DNA of 64,000 nt from Dehalococcoidia bacterium (lineage in GTDB: Bacteria; Chloroflexota; Dehalococcoidia; Bin125): positions 2,752,001 through 2,816,000 of the forward strand of contig OY820591.1 of the NCBI GenBank assembly GCA_963555985.3, written 5' to 3'. Below the pieces are notes generated by a model. The model worked only from the letters and a program-made list of their open reading frames with translations. It made no database searches and had not been told where the DNA came from. The translations under genes were made by a program, and so were the position numbers. Within the stretch, counting starts at the first letter, position 1. The number at the start of each line of letters is the position of its first letter. Positions 47,865 to 56,912 of this stretch are shown in pieces.

Positions 47865-50708
47865 TCAGTCCCCGGCCGGAGCAGGCGCTCCGCCTTCGAG
47901 CTCGGTAAGTTCGGGCTCCAGCGGACGGGGACGGCCTCCGGGCAGGTGCAGCATCCGTCTGACCAGGCGTCCCCGGAGAGTGCGCCAGGTCTGGGCGACG
48001 GCGGCGCTGTCCTCGTCGCTCAATTGCTTGCGTCCGAAGCGGACAGCGGCGTAGGACTGGGCCACGCTTTGGGCTTGAGCTTCCGAACCGAGCGTCTCAT
48101 CAATGCGAGCGGCGTGTTCGTGTGCGGTGGTCGAATCGACGGCGGGGATGCCCGACCAGCGTGCGAGACGGGCAGTGGCGACCCAGGCTCGCTCGGCGGG
48201 GCCGAGTCCGCGCAGGGAAATCCGCCAGACGATGGCGAAGACGACGATCATGCCGGCGAGGATCGCTGCTCCGATCGTCGGGCCCAGCCAGTACCACTTG
48301 CTCGGGGGGGGTTCGAGCAGCGCGCCTTCGCCCGGGAGCACGCCTTGGGCGAGGTACTGGAGGATGTCTTCAAGCACGACGTCCTGCATCACATCGCCGC
48401 CGAAGCCGGGGCGCAGATCGAGCCGCGGGGTGGTGAGCCGCTGGGTGGCGATCCGGCGTCCGCCCACGCCGCCGCCCGCGATCGAGGCGAGCGTCTCGTC
48501 GACCGAGGAGCCGGGCGTCGGGTCGAAATCGACCCAGCCGTAGTCGGGGAAGTAGACCTCGACCCAGGTGTAGGCGTCGTGTCCGCGCACGATGTAGTTC
48601 TCGGTGCGTTCGTCGAAGTTGTTGGAACTGAGCACGAATCCGGTCGCGATCCGCGCAGGTACGCCGGCCACGCGCAGCAGGATCGCCATCGCGCTGGCGT
48701 GGTAGTCGTAGTAGCCGCCAATCGGGCGTCCGTCCTCCATGTTCTCGAACAGGAACCAGAGCACCGCATCGGCGTCGGCGGGGGGCAGCTCAATATCGGT
48801 CGTGAGCGGGTAGAGCGGAATCGCGTTGCCGTCGTCGTCGCGGATGATCTGGCCGCGCTCATCGAGCGCCGGCGCGGAGCGCAGGTAGTTCTCAATCGCG
48901 GTGGCGATCGCGTAGGCGTTGTAGCCGCGATCGGGGCGATCGATGTCACGGGGCAGCCCGAAGCGCGCCGCAATCGTGTCGAGCAGGCGGCGGAGCTGCA
49001 CCTGCTCCTCTTCGGAGAACTCGGGCAGTTGCAGGAAGGTCTCGCGGACCCAGAGCGGGTAATCGTAGCCGGCTTCGGACAATGCGAGTTCGTTCGCGCC
49101 GGAGACGGTTCCCGTGATCTGGTAGGTGAAGCCCGCGCGCACGCGCTTCTGGGTGGGGCGCAGAGCGAGGATGTCGGCCTCTTCCGGCTCGGAGCGCAGG
49201 ATCACGCCGGTGGGCGTGCCGTCGCTCTCATCGGTGACGACATCCACGAGGTAGTACTGGGGCGGCACGTAGGAGGCGACTTCGGTCGCCGAGGGCGGCT
49301 CGGTTTCGTCATCAACCTGTTCCAGGCGCTCGACGATCGCGGTGACGGCGGGTTCGAGATCGGTGCCGCTGAAGCGTTCGGCGTCGGCGAAATCGACCGT
49401 GAATTCGGCGGGGGCGAGTGAATCGACGCGGGTGGCCTTATTCGCGATCACGGGCACGCCGAAGGAGAAGAGCACGCTCGGGCTGCGCTCGACCGAGATC
49501 TGAGCCGCGACCGGGCGGCGCTCAAGGTACTGGGTAATCACGACACCGCCGCCGGTGGAGCCTTCGTCTTCCGCCGCTTCACCGCTGATCGGTTCCAACT
49601 CGTCCACGGTGCGCGACGAACTCGGACTCTGCGTCCAGCCGCGACCGGTGTAGTTGTCGTAGGACGCTCCGCGCAGCAGACCGGGCTCGGTCGCGGCGGC
49701 TCGCATGATGATCGCGTCGCCCGGATCAACATCGCCCTGCAAGACCATGAAGTCGTCGAAGGAGTGGACGGGCGCGCCGCGATGGGAGTCGATCCCGCTG
49801 AAGACGCGGCGGAAGTCGTCGCTGAGGCCCTCGAAGGGATTGGCGATCGCCTGCCAGGCGTCTTCGAGCGCTTGGGATTCGTCGGGGCGGGGGAGTGCGC
49901 GGGAGAGCGTGAGCAGCAGGATGATCGCGATCATCGTCGCGCCGAGGAAGGAGAGCGAGATCCAGTCGGGGTAGGCGGCTCCCGCCGATCGCCAGCGGTC
50001 GAAGCGGCGGAGCAGGCTGGAGCGCATCAGCAGCAGCATCGAGCCGGTGAGGAAGAATCCGTAGGAGAGGTTCCACTGGCGGTCGGAGAGGTAGGAGACG
50101 TTCACGGCGAGCAGCGCGCCCAGCATGATGATCGCGATCCAGGCGTTGCGCCAGCGTGCGACGGCATATGCGCCCAGGAACGCAGCGAGGTAGATGAAGA
50201 CATCGGTGAAAAAGACAAAGGGCAGATTGTCAGTGGTCAGACCGGCGCTGAAGGCTTGCCGGAACCAGTCTTCGAAGCGGTAGCCGAAGTCGGTGAAGCG
50301 ATCCCAGAAGATCGGCTGTCCGCCCAGACTTTCGAGCTGCACCATCTGAGCCATGATCAGGACGCCGCCGAGCACGAGGCCAAGCAAGATGCCCAGCGGC
50401 CAGCGCAAGCGGCGAATCGCGCCGAAGATCATAGCCAGGATCACGCCGATCGTGGCTGTGATGCGCAGATCGGGCATCTCCGCGACCCAACCGGCGATGT
50501 AGATGCTGTTCGCCGTACTGAGCGCGACCAGCAGGAGGATGCCAAAGGTGATCGTGGTTTCCAGCCCGCGCTGGAACCACGAGCGCGGGCGCAGCTGTCC
50601 GGAGATGACGACGGTCTCGCCACTCTGGCGGCGAGCGAAGAATCTCCGCTCCGCTTCGGCGACGTTGGTACCCGCGCCCGGGTCCGGAGCGGACGACTGG
50701 GCGCTCAC
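47865..50708 (-). CDS. Membrane transglutaminase-like protein (TgpA-type), catalytic residues altered
   Basis: N-terminal TM bundle, YDNYTGRGW, GYYDYHASAMAILLRVAGVPARIATGF, AYTWVEVYFPDYGWVDFDPTP, C-terminal TM plus DUF4129-like domain. Confidence 0.9.
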   Translation of the reverse strand: MSAQSSAPDPGAGTNVAEAERRFFARRQSGETVVISGQLRPRSWFQRGLETTITFGILLLVALSTANSIYIAGWVAEMPDLRITATIGVILAMIFGAIRRLRWPLGILLGLVLGGVLIMAQMVQLESLGGQPIFWDRFTDFGYRFEDWFRQAFSAGLTTDNLPFVFFTDVFIYLAAFLGAYAVARWRNAWIAIIMLGALLAVNVSYLSDRQWNLSYGFFLTGSMLLLMRSSLLRRFDRWRSAGAAYPDWISLSFLGATMIAIILLLTLSRALPRPDESQALEDAWQAIANPFEGLSDDFRRVFSGIDSHRGAPVHSFDDFMVLQGDVDPGDAIIMRAAATEPGLLRGASYDNYTGRGWTQSPSSSRTVDELEPISGEAAEDEGSTGGGVVITQYLERRPVAAQISVERSPSVLFSFGVPVIANKATRVDSLAPAEFTVDFADAERFSGTDLEPAVTAIVERLEQVDDETEPPSATEVASYVPPQYYLVDVVTDESDGTPTGVILRSEPEEADILALRPTQKRVRAGFTYQITGTVSGANELALSEAGYDYPLWVRETFLQLPEFSEEEQVQLRRLLDTIAARFGLPRDIDRPDRGYNAYAIATAIENYLRSAPALDERGQIIRDDDGNAIPLYPLTTDIELPPADADAVLWFLFENMEDGRPIGGYYDYHASAMAILLRVAGVPARIATGFVLSSNNFDERTENYIVRGHDAYTWVEVYFPDYGWVDFDPTPGSSVDETLASIAGGGVGGRRIATQRLTTPRLDLRPGFGGDVMQDVVLEDILQYLAQGVLPGEGALLEPPPSKWYWLGPTIGAAILAGMIVVFAIVWRISLRGLGPAERAWVATARLARWSGIPAVDSTTAHEHAARIDETLGSEAQAQSVAQSYAAVRFGRKQLSDEDSAAVAQTWRTLRGRLVRRMLHLPGGRPRPLEPELTELEGGAPAPAGD

Positions 50709-52144
50709 TGTTCCGTCTCCTCAGCGCCGCCCGTGGGCATGACCACTTCTGCTGGACGCCCCCAATCCTCGATCGGAATCTCCGCTGCCTCCTCCATTGC
50801 CGAGAGTCCGCCAAGGTCGACGGCGGCAGCGCCATTTGCGCCGTTGGCGAGCGGCTGTTCGGCGGCGGCCGGCACGCTTGGTCCCGGGACCTGTCCCACC
50901 ATTACGGCGGGGAGGTAGTCGTCCTTGCGGATCAGATTGACTTGTACGCCCAGGGCGCGCAGTTCGGCGGCGGTGGCGGGCGCGCCGCCGCGCCCGCCCC
51001 AAGATTCGAGATCGAGGAGTGCGACGGCGGCTTTGACGCCGCGATGGGTGAGCGTCTGGACGGCTCCCTGCCAGCGTGGATCGGTGGAGCCGGTGACGAC
51101 GATCACGGTGGTGTGGCGTCCCCAGCGCCGCGACTGTTGATAGAGCAAGCTGGCGACGGGGACGGTGCCGTTGGACTGGGCGACGGCCAGCGCCTCGAGC
51201 ATCCGCCCGAAGTGCTGCGTACCGCGATCGGGCTCGATTACATCGAGGCGCTCGCCCATCATCATCAGCCCGACCGAGCGGTTCTGGTTGATGAAGAGTC
51301 GCAGCACGGAGGCGGCGATCGTGACGGCGGTTTCGACGGAGGCGTCGTCGCCGCGACCGGCGTGCTCCTGGGCGGCGAGATCGAGCACGACCCAAAGGTG
51401 GGAGGCGGGGTCCAGCTCGAAGGTCTTCACCTTGAGCGATCCAGTGCGGAGGCTGCTTTTCCAGTGGATGCGATTGACGGAGTCGCCTGGCTCGTACTCG
51501 CGGATGCCGCTCGCGTTGGGGGTGACGTAGTGGGTGCGGCGGCGGAAGCGTCCCTCGCCCGGGAGATTGGCCGGGGGAGCGGAGTAGCGGGGCAGTTCGA
51601 GCGCGCGGGGATAGACCACCAGTCCGCGCCGATGTCCGAAGCGGAGCTCGCGGCGGAAGAGATCGAAGGGATCGGAGCTATGCACCGAGATCGGGCCGAG
51701 TTGATAGAGGCCGCGGCGGTGGCAGGTGGTCTGGACGCGCCAGGAGCGTTTGCCGGTGCGTCCGAGGGAGGTGACGAATTGGGCGGTGTGGCCGGGCAGA
51801 TTGCTGGCTTCTTCGACTTCGAGCCAGAGTTTGGGCAGGCGGCTGTCGTTGATCACCTCGAAGCGCTCGATGATGTCTTCGCCGGCCTGTACGCGGTCGC
51901 GGCTGCGCGACATGCGCACGCGCAGGCCGTAGCCGGCGGACCAAGTCCAGGCGGCGGCGAGGAAGAGACCGAAGAGCAGGGTGTAGCCGAGCCGCTGGGG
52001 GAGCCAGTAGTTGGAGGCGAAGCCGACGGCGAAGGCGACGATCGTGAGCACGATCACGATGCTGAGTGATCGGCGGCTGCCGAAGCTCGCGCGCCAAGCC
52101 CGCCGCAGTGGTCGGAGCAGAGGGCTGAGCAATGCGGCGCGCAC
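50705..52144 (-). CDS. DUF58-domain membrane protein
   Basis: RRGLYQLGP...DPFDLF, LVVYP, IREYEPGDSVNRIHWKSS. Confidence 0.92.
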   Translation of the reverse strand: MRAALLSPLLRPLRRAWRASFGSRRSLSIVIVLTIVAFAVGFASNYWLPQRLGYTLLFGLFLAAAWTWSAGYGLRVRMSRSRDRVQAGEDIIERFEVINDSRLPKLWLEVEEASNLPGHTAQFVTSLGRTGKRSWRVQTTCHRRGLYQLGPISVHSSDPFDLFRRELRFGHRRGLVVYPRALELPRYSAPPANLPGEGRFRRRTHYVTPNASGIREYEPGDSVNRIHWKSSLRTGSLKVKTFELDPASHLWVVLDLAAQEHAGRGDDASVETAVTIAASVLRLFINQNRSVGLMMMGERLDVIEPDRGTQHFGRMLEALAVAQSNGTVPVASLLYQQSRRWGRHTTVIVVTGSTDPRWQGAVQTLTHRGVKAAVALLDLESWGGRGGAPATAAELRALGVQVNLIRKDDYLPAVMVGQVPGPSVPAAAEQPLANGANGAAAVDLGGLSAMEEAAEIPIEDWGRPAEVVMPTGGAEETEQ

Positions 52145-52178
52145 AGCTCATGCCTTTCGTTTGCGACAGCGCGCGCGA

Positions 52179-53135
52179 TTAAGAGGCGGCGGCCGCACGT
52201 GCGCCCGGGACGGCGACGCGATCGAGCACATCGTCGATCACGGTGCGTGCGTCCTGATTGCGCACCTGTGCAGAGGGGCTGAGGATGATCCGGTGTCCCA
52301 GCGCGGGATGCGCGAGCGCTTTGATGTCGTCGGGGATCACGTAGTCGCGCCCGGCCAGCAGCGCGCTCGCCTGTGCGCAGCGGAAGAGGGCGAGCGATCC
52401 GCGCGGGGAGGCGCCCAGGTAGACCGCTTCGTGAGAGCGGGTCGCGGCGACGAGTTGGACGGCGTACTGCTTCAGTTGGGGGTCAACCCAGATGTCACGG
52501 GCGACCTGGTGGATTTCGCGTACCTCTTCGGGCGAAGTGACGGACTGGAGCTGTTCGATCGGGTGGCGCTTCTGCTGGCCTTCGAGCACAGCGACTTCAT
52601 CGTTGGCGTCGGGGTAGCCGAGGTGGATGCGGAGGAGGAAGCGGTCGAGCTGGGCTTCGGGCAAGGGGAAGGTGCCCTCGTATTCGACCGGATTCTGGGT
52701 GGCCATGACCATGAACGGCGGAGGCAAGGGGCGAGTGACGCCGTCCGCCGTGACCTGGCGCTCCTCCATCGCTTCAAGCAGGGCGGATTGAGTCTTGGGC
52801 GTAGCGCGGTTGATCTCGTCGGCGAGCACGATCTGGGAGTAGACCGGGCCCTGCCGCCACTCGAAGTCCTGGGTCTTCTGGTTGTAGACGGAGACGCCGG
52901 TGACATCGGAGGGGAGCAGGTCGGGGGTGAACTGGATGCGGTTGAAGGTGCAGCCAGTGGAGACGGCAAGGGCTCGGGCGAGCATGGTCTTGCCGGTACC
53001 GGGCACGTCTTCGATCAGCAGATGGCCGTCGGCGACGAGCGCGAGCACGGCCTGCCGGACTTCGGCGGTCTTGCCCAGGATCACCTGCTCGACATTGGCG
53101 ACTACACCCATGAGAGTTTTGCGCGGATCGTCCAC
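52179..53135 (-). CDS. moxR: MoxR-family AAA+ ATPase (second copy)
   Basis: [60 protein letters not shown]. Confidence 0.96.
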   Translation of the reverse strand: MDDPRKTLMGVVANVEQVILGKTAEVRQAVLALVADGHLLIEDVPGTGKTMLARALAVSTGCTFNRIQFTPDLLPSDVTGVSVYNQKTQDFEWRQGPVYSQIVLADEINRATPKTQSALLEAMEERQVTADGVTRPLPPPFMVMATQNPVEYEGTFPLPEAQLDRFLLRIHLGYPDANDEVAVLEGQQKRHPIEQLQSVTSPEEVREIHQVARDIWVDPQLKQYAVQLVAATRSHEAVYLGASPRGSLALFRCAQASALLAGRDYVIPDDIKALAHPALGHRIILSPSAQVRNQDARTVIDDVLDRVAVPGARAAAAS

Positions 53136-53234
53136 CGGTTCTGCCTCCCTGCAATGCCGCGACCATCGTCGGCAACGTTCAGGGCAAGCCTATCCGATCT
53201 ATCAGCCCACTCCAGTCCTGCGGCTCGATCTTGC

Positions 53235-53335
53235 CCCTTGTGCCCGCGAAAGTGTGAATCCAGACGCTGCTTGATACGCCGCATAGATTCCCGCCTGCGC
53301 GGGAATGACGGAACATGGGATTTGTGCGACAGCCC
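53235..53335. repeat. dRS3-like doublet (one arm degenerate)
   Basis: attcccgcctgcgcgggaatgacgg at ~53287; spacer gatacgccgcat shared (inverted) with ~47630. Confidence 0.75.
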
Positions 53336-53376
53336 CTGCTAGACAGGGTGGGAATGATGGGGCGATAGTGAGGGTG

Positions 53377-54564
53377 ATGAGGTTCGAGCGGCCGGGAGTC
53401 AGGGTAGGTGCGGCGCGAGGCGTGCGGCAGCGGCCGTGGAGCCGTCGGGCGGTGCTGCGCGCGATGATTGCGGGCGGCTGCGGGGCATTGCTGGCGGCCT
53501 GCGGGGGCGACGAGCTCGATCCGTTTGCGGTGAGCCGCGACTCCGAACAGCGCCAGACGGTTCCCCCGCCGGCCGCCGCTGCCCCGGATAGCGAGAGCGA
53601 GCCGGAGGTGGCAGCGCAAGCGGCAGGACAAGCGCAAGTCGATCAGCAAACGCAACGCCAGACCGAGGCGGAACAGGCACAGGCCAGCGCCGAACAGACG
53701 CCGTTGCCGGAACCGCTGGTTTACATCGTGCCCTCGCCCGCGCAGCAAGGTCATGCAGTGATGATCCTGATTCATGCGCCAGGAGCAGCGGGCGCCGCAG
53801 TCGCCTGGGCGAACGAGACGCACACGCTGATCCAGGAGGAAGACCGGTTCATGGGCTTCTTCGGGATCGATGCGAACGCGCCGCCGGGCCCGCAGGCGTT
53901 GGGCGTTGCGGTCTGGGGTCCGAACGACCAACAACTGCTCTGGCAGGAGACATTGATCGAGGTTGAGGCGGTCGAATGGACGACGGACGATATTCAGATC
54001 GACGGGGCCAACGCGGCGCTGCTCGATCCGGCGGTGCGGGCTGCCGATGATGCGGCACGCCTGCCCTATCAAACGGAACTGACTCCGCAGCGACACTGGT
54101 TGGGCGTATTCGATCCGCCCTCGGAAGCGGCGATCACGGCGCTCTACGGGGAACAGCGCTCCTTCAATGGCGGGCCGATCAGCGAGTATCACACCGGGAT
54201 CGATTTCGGCGGCGAATCGGGCACGCCGATCGCGGCGGCGAACAGCGGCGTGGTGAGTTGGGCGGGGCGCACGGAGCGGCGGGGGAACGGGCTGATCATC
54301 GACCACGGCGCGGGGGTCTTCAGCGGCTATTACCACCTCTCGGAGGTGTTGCAGACGGCGGGGAATGTGGTGGAACAGGGCGCATTGATCGCGCGGATGG
54401 GGGCGACCGGTCTGGCGACCGGGCCGCATTTGCACTGGGAAGTGGTGGTGCGGGGGGTGACGGTGAATCCGTTGCCGTGGCTGCGGATTCTGGAGTATCC
54501 GGATCCGCATCAGGAGTTGAATCCGGCGAATGCGATTGCGGCGACCAACCTGGCTGCGGGGTAG
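53377..54564 (+). CDS. M23-family metallopeptidase with Tat/lipoprotein signal
   Basis: SRRAVL...LLAAC signal; HTGID, YYHL, ATGPHLHWE. Confidence 0.92.
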   Translation: MRFERPGVRVGAARGVRQRPWSRRAVLRAMIAGGCGALLAACGGDELDPFAVSRDSEQRQTVPPPAAAAPDSESEPEVAAQAAGQAQVDQQTQRQTEAEQAQASAEQTPLPEPLVYIVPSPAQQGHAVMILIHAPGAAGAAVAWANETHTLIQEEDRFMGFFGIDANAPPGPQALGVAVWGPNDQQLLWQETLIEVEAVEWTTDDIQIDGANAALLDPAVRAADDAARLPYQTELTPQRHWLGVFDPPSEAAITALYGEQRSFNGGPISEYHTGIDFGGESGTPIAAANSGVVSWAGRTERRGNGLIIDHGAGVFSGYYHLSEVLQTAGNVVEQGALIARMGATGLATGPHLHWEVVVRGVTVNPLPWLRILEYPDPHQELNPANAIAATNLAAG

Positions 54565-54569
54565 GGTGC

Positions 54570-54745
54570 GTCCAGGTGGGCGAGATTTTGGGTGTGGACA
54601 GCGAATTTGCAGTCGTGGGCGGGGAATTGGGCGGGAGGTAGTCCGGAAAAGTCCAGATTTGTCCAGATCCATCCGGATTTTTGGATGCTGAGAGCGGAGA
54701 TTGGGATATTGATCCAGGTTTGTCCAGGGGTGTCCAGGTGGGTTG
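54570..54745 (-). repeat. Phased CTGGAC/CCGGAC hexamer array
   Basis: Minus strand: ctggacacccctggacaaacctggat and ccggatggatctggacaaatctggacttttccggac (10-bp spacing). Confidence 0.78.
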
Positions 54746-54804
54746 CGGCGGTCATGGCGGGTTCCGTTGGTTGCGGCGGGTCGTCCGGCATGGGCAATGG
54801 TATA

Positions 54805-54818
54805 TGAACGGAAGTTCT
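54805..54818. promoter_or_regulatory. Putative LexA (SOS) box
   Basis: Perfect GAAC-GGAA-GTTC, followed on the minus strand by a TACCAT -10-like hexamer. Confidence 0.55.
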
Positions 54819-54889
54819 TTGGTTGGAGGCGGGTGTTGCGGGGGTTACGGTCGGGGGAGGGGGAGTTGGATGGGCTTGGGTGCAGGACT

Positions 54890-54990
54890 CGGCGAGATAC
54901 CCGCGGCGAGCGCGGGTATGACGGAGTTCTTTGGGGAGTGGGGCAGCTGGCGGATCCCCTCTGTCGCTGCGCGACGTCTCCCTTTAGCGG
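54890..54990. repeat. Palindromic repeats
   Basis: gagatacccgcggcgagcgcgggtatgacggagttctttgggg (near copy of 831-877) plus a cccctctgtcgctgcgcgacgtctccc hairpin. Confidence 0.85.
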
Positions 54991-55799
54991 AGGGCGGCGG
55001 CGGCTTCGGCGACTAGGGCGATGGCGACCATGCTGGCGGTTTCGGCTCTGAGGGGGCGGTCTCCGAGGGTGACCGGGATCCAGTTGTGGGCTCGGGCCAG
55101 AGCGGCTTCGGGGAGGCTGAAGCCGCCTTCGGGGCCGACCAGGAGATGAACGTGTTCGGGGAGTTGGGATTGTTCGCTGAGGATGGGGGCGATGCGCTGG
55201 CTGCGCTCGAGGGCCGAGGCGAGCAGGCGGAGCGTGCCCGGTTCCGGGGGGGCGGCGATGATCTCTTCGAGCTCGACCGGTGGGCTGATCTCGGGGCGGT
55301 GCTCGCGGCGGCATTGTTCGGCGGCTTCGGTGGCCAGGCGACGCCAGCGAGCCAGGCGTTGTCCGCCTTCGCCGCGCGTCAGCGACCGCTCCGACCAGAC
55401 GGGGCGGATCGCGACCACGCCAAGCTCAGTCGCTTTCTCGACCATGAAGTCGTAGCGCTGGGGTCGGATTAGGGAGGCGCTGATCGTGATTTGCGGTCTG
55501 CGGGAGGGGAGCAGTTCGCGCCGACTTGTGATCAGTGTGGTGACGGTCTCTTGCGAGACCCAATCGACGCGCACCTGGTAGAGCATTCCGCTGGGCGGGT
55601 GGACAATTTCGAGCGGATCGTCGCGGCGGACGCGCATCACGCGGATGAGGCGCCGCGCCTTGGGGCCGCGGATGTGAATGGCGGGAGCGTCGAGCGCGTC
55701 GGGGTCGTCGATGAAGTAGCGGGGGAGCAGGCCCAAGCGCCCCTCGTTCTGAAGCGGGTCGCGCTCGGCGGGCGGGTTGGTTTCGACGCTGGTCGTCAT
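54984..55799 (-). CDS. rsmE: 16S rRNA m3U1498 methyltransferase
   Basis: EKATELGV, EAAEQCRR, VGPEGGFS, LGDRPLRAETA. Confidence 0.95.
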   Translation of the reverse strand: MTTSVETNPPAERDPLQNEGRLGLLPRYFIDDPDALDAPAIHIRGPKARRLIRVMRVRRDDPLEIVHPPSGMLYQVRVDWVSQETVTTLITSRRELLPSRRPQITISASLIRPQRYDFMVEKATELGVVAIRPVWSERSLTRGEGGQRLARWRRLATEAAEQCRREHRPEISPPVELEEIIAAPPEPGTLRLLASALERSQRIAPILSEQSQLPEHVHLLVGPEGGFSLPEAALARAHNWIPVTLGDRPLRAETASMVAIALVAEAAAALR

Positions 55800-55903
55800 G
55801 TCCTCAGCTTAGCAACGACTCGATAGGTCTAGACTCCGCGCAGGCTCGAATACGCAGCGATCGTCAGCGATGCCGGAGCCGCAGCAGCGCAAAGGAACGA
55901 ATC

Positions 55904-56683
55904 ATGGAGCTGGGACTGAGCGGGAAAGTCGCGATTGTCACGGGCGGCTCGGAAGGGATCGGGCGGGCGACAGCGGTGTTGTTCGCTCAAGAGGGCGCGC
56001 AAGTCGCCATCGGCGCGCGGCGGCAGGGTCCGCTGGATGAGGCGGCGGCCGAGATTCGGGCTGCGGGCGGGGATCCGCTCGTGGTCTCGATGGATGTGAC
56101 CAGCGATGCGGATTGTCAGCGTCTGGTGGACGAGGCGATTGCGCGCTTCGGCGGGGTGGACATTTTGATCAACAACGCCGGCCAGTCGTCGTCGGGGATG
56201 ATCGAGTCGCACGATATCGAGACCTGGGCGGTGGATCTGGATCTGAAGCTGTACGGGGCGATTCGGCTGGCGAAGCTGTGCGCGCCGTCAATGCGTGAAC
56301 GGGGCGGTGGTCGGATCGTGAACCTGCTCAACATCGGTTGCAAGACGCCCGGGGCGGGTTCGATGCCGACGGCGGCGAGCCGGGCGGCGGGTTTGGCGAT
56401 GACGAAGGCGTTGAGCAAGGAGGTGGCTGCGGACCAGATTTTGGTCAACGCGGCCTGCATCGGCTCGGTCGATTCGGCGCAGTGGCACGGGTTTCATCAG
56501 GCGCAGATGCCGGACGCGACGTATGAGGAGTTTTTGGAGAGCGTGGGTCAGCGGATTCCGGTGAAGCGGATTGGCACGTCGGAGGAGGCGGCGAACATGA
56601 TCGTATTCCTGGCTTCGGGGGCGGCGAGTTTTATTTCGGGTTGCGCGATCAATATCGACGGGGGCGCTTCTCCGGCTTGGTAG
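55904..56683 (+). CDS. Short-chain dehydrogenase/reductase
   Basis: VTGGSEGIG, DILINNAG; active-site segment TAASR instead of canonical YxxxK. Confidence 0.92.
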   Translation: MELGLSGKVAIVTGGSEGIGRATAVLFAQEGAQVAIGARRQGPLDEAAAEIRAAGGDPLVVSMDVTSDADCQRLVDEAIARFGGVDILINNAGQSSSGMIESHDIETWAVDLDLKLYGAIRLAKLCAPSMRERGGGRIVNLLNIGCKTPGAGSMPTAASRAAGLAMTKALSKEVAADQILVNAACIGSVDSAQWHGFHQAQMPDATYEEFLESVGQRIPVKRIGTSEEAANMIVFLASGAASFISGCAINIDGGASPAW

Positions 56684-56717
56684 GGGGATTGGCGTCAGAC
56701 GGCACTCACAATTCCGC

Positions 56718-56905
56718 TATTGCCACGCTCCGCCGCGGCAATCTCGTCGTGTGAGTGACGACGGTGCAGATCGCGGCGAGATACCCGCGGCGGAGCGCGG
56801 GTATGACGGTGTTGCAAGCGCGGGTGTGACGGTGTTGCAGGCGCGGGTGTGACGGTGTTGCAGGCGCAGGTGTGGCGGTGTTTGCGGGCGCGGGTTGTCG
56901 GTGTT
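56718..56905. repeat. REP doublet followed by ~5 tandem 23-bp copies of its right arm
   Basis: gcgcgggtRtgacggtgttgcaR units at 56795, 56818, 56841, 56864 and ~56888, progressively degenerate. Confidence 0.9.
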
Positions 56906-56912
56906 TTGGACG

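Noticed and set aside
53179-55314. 711-aa minus-strand ORF (likewise 59146-61038 and 47856-49421)
   Set aside because: Antisense or alternative frames of well-supported genes, with no motifs
56795-56905. CRISPR array
   Set aside because: The 23-bp units are contiguous with no unique spacers, derive from a REP arm, and no cas genes are present
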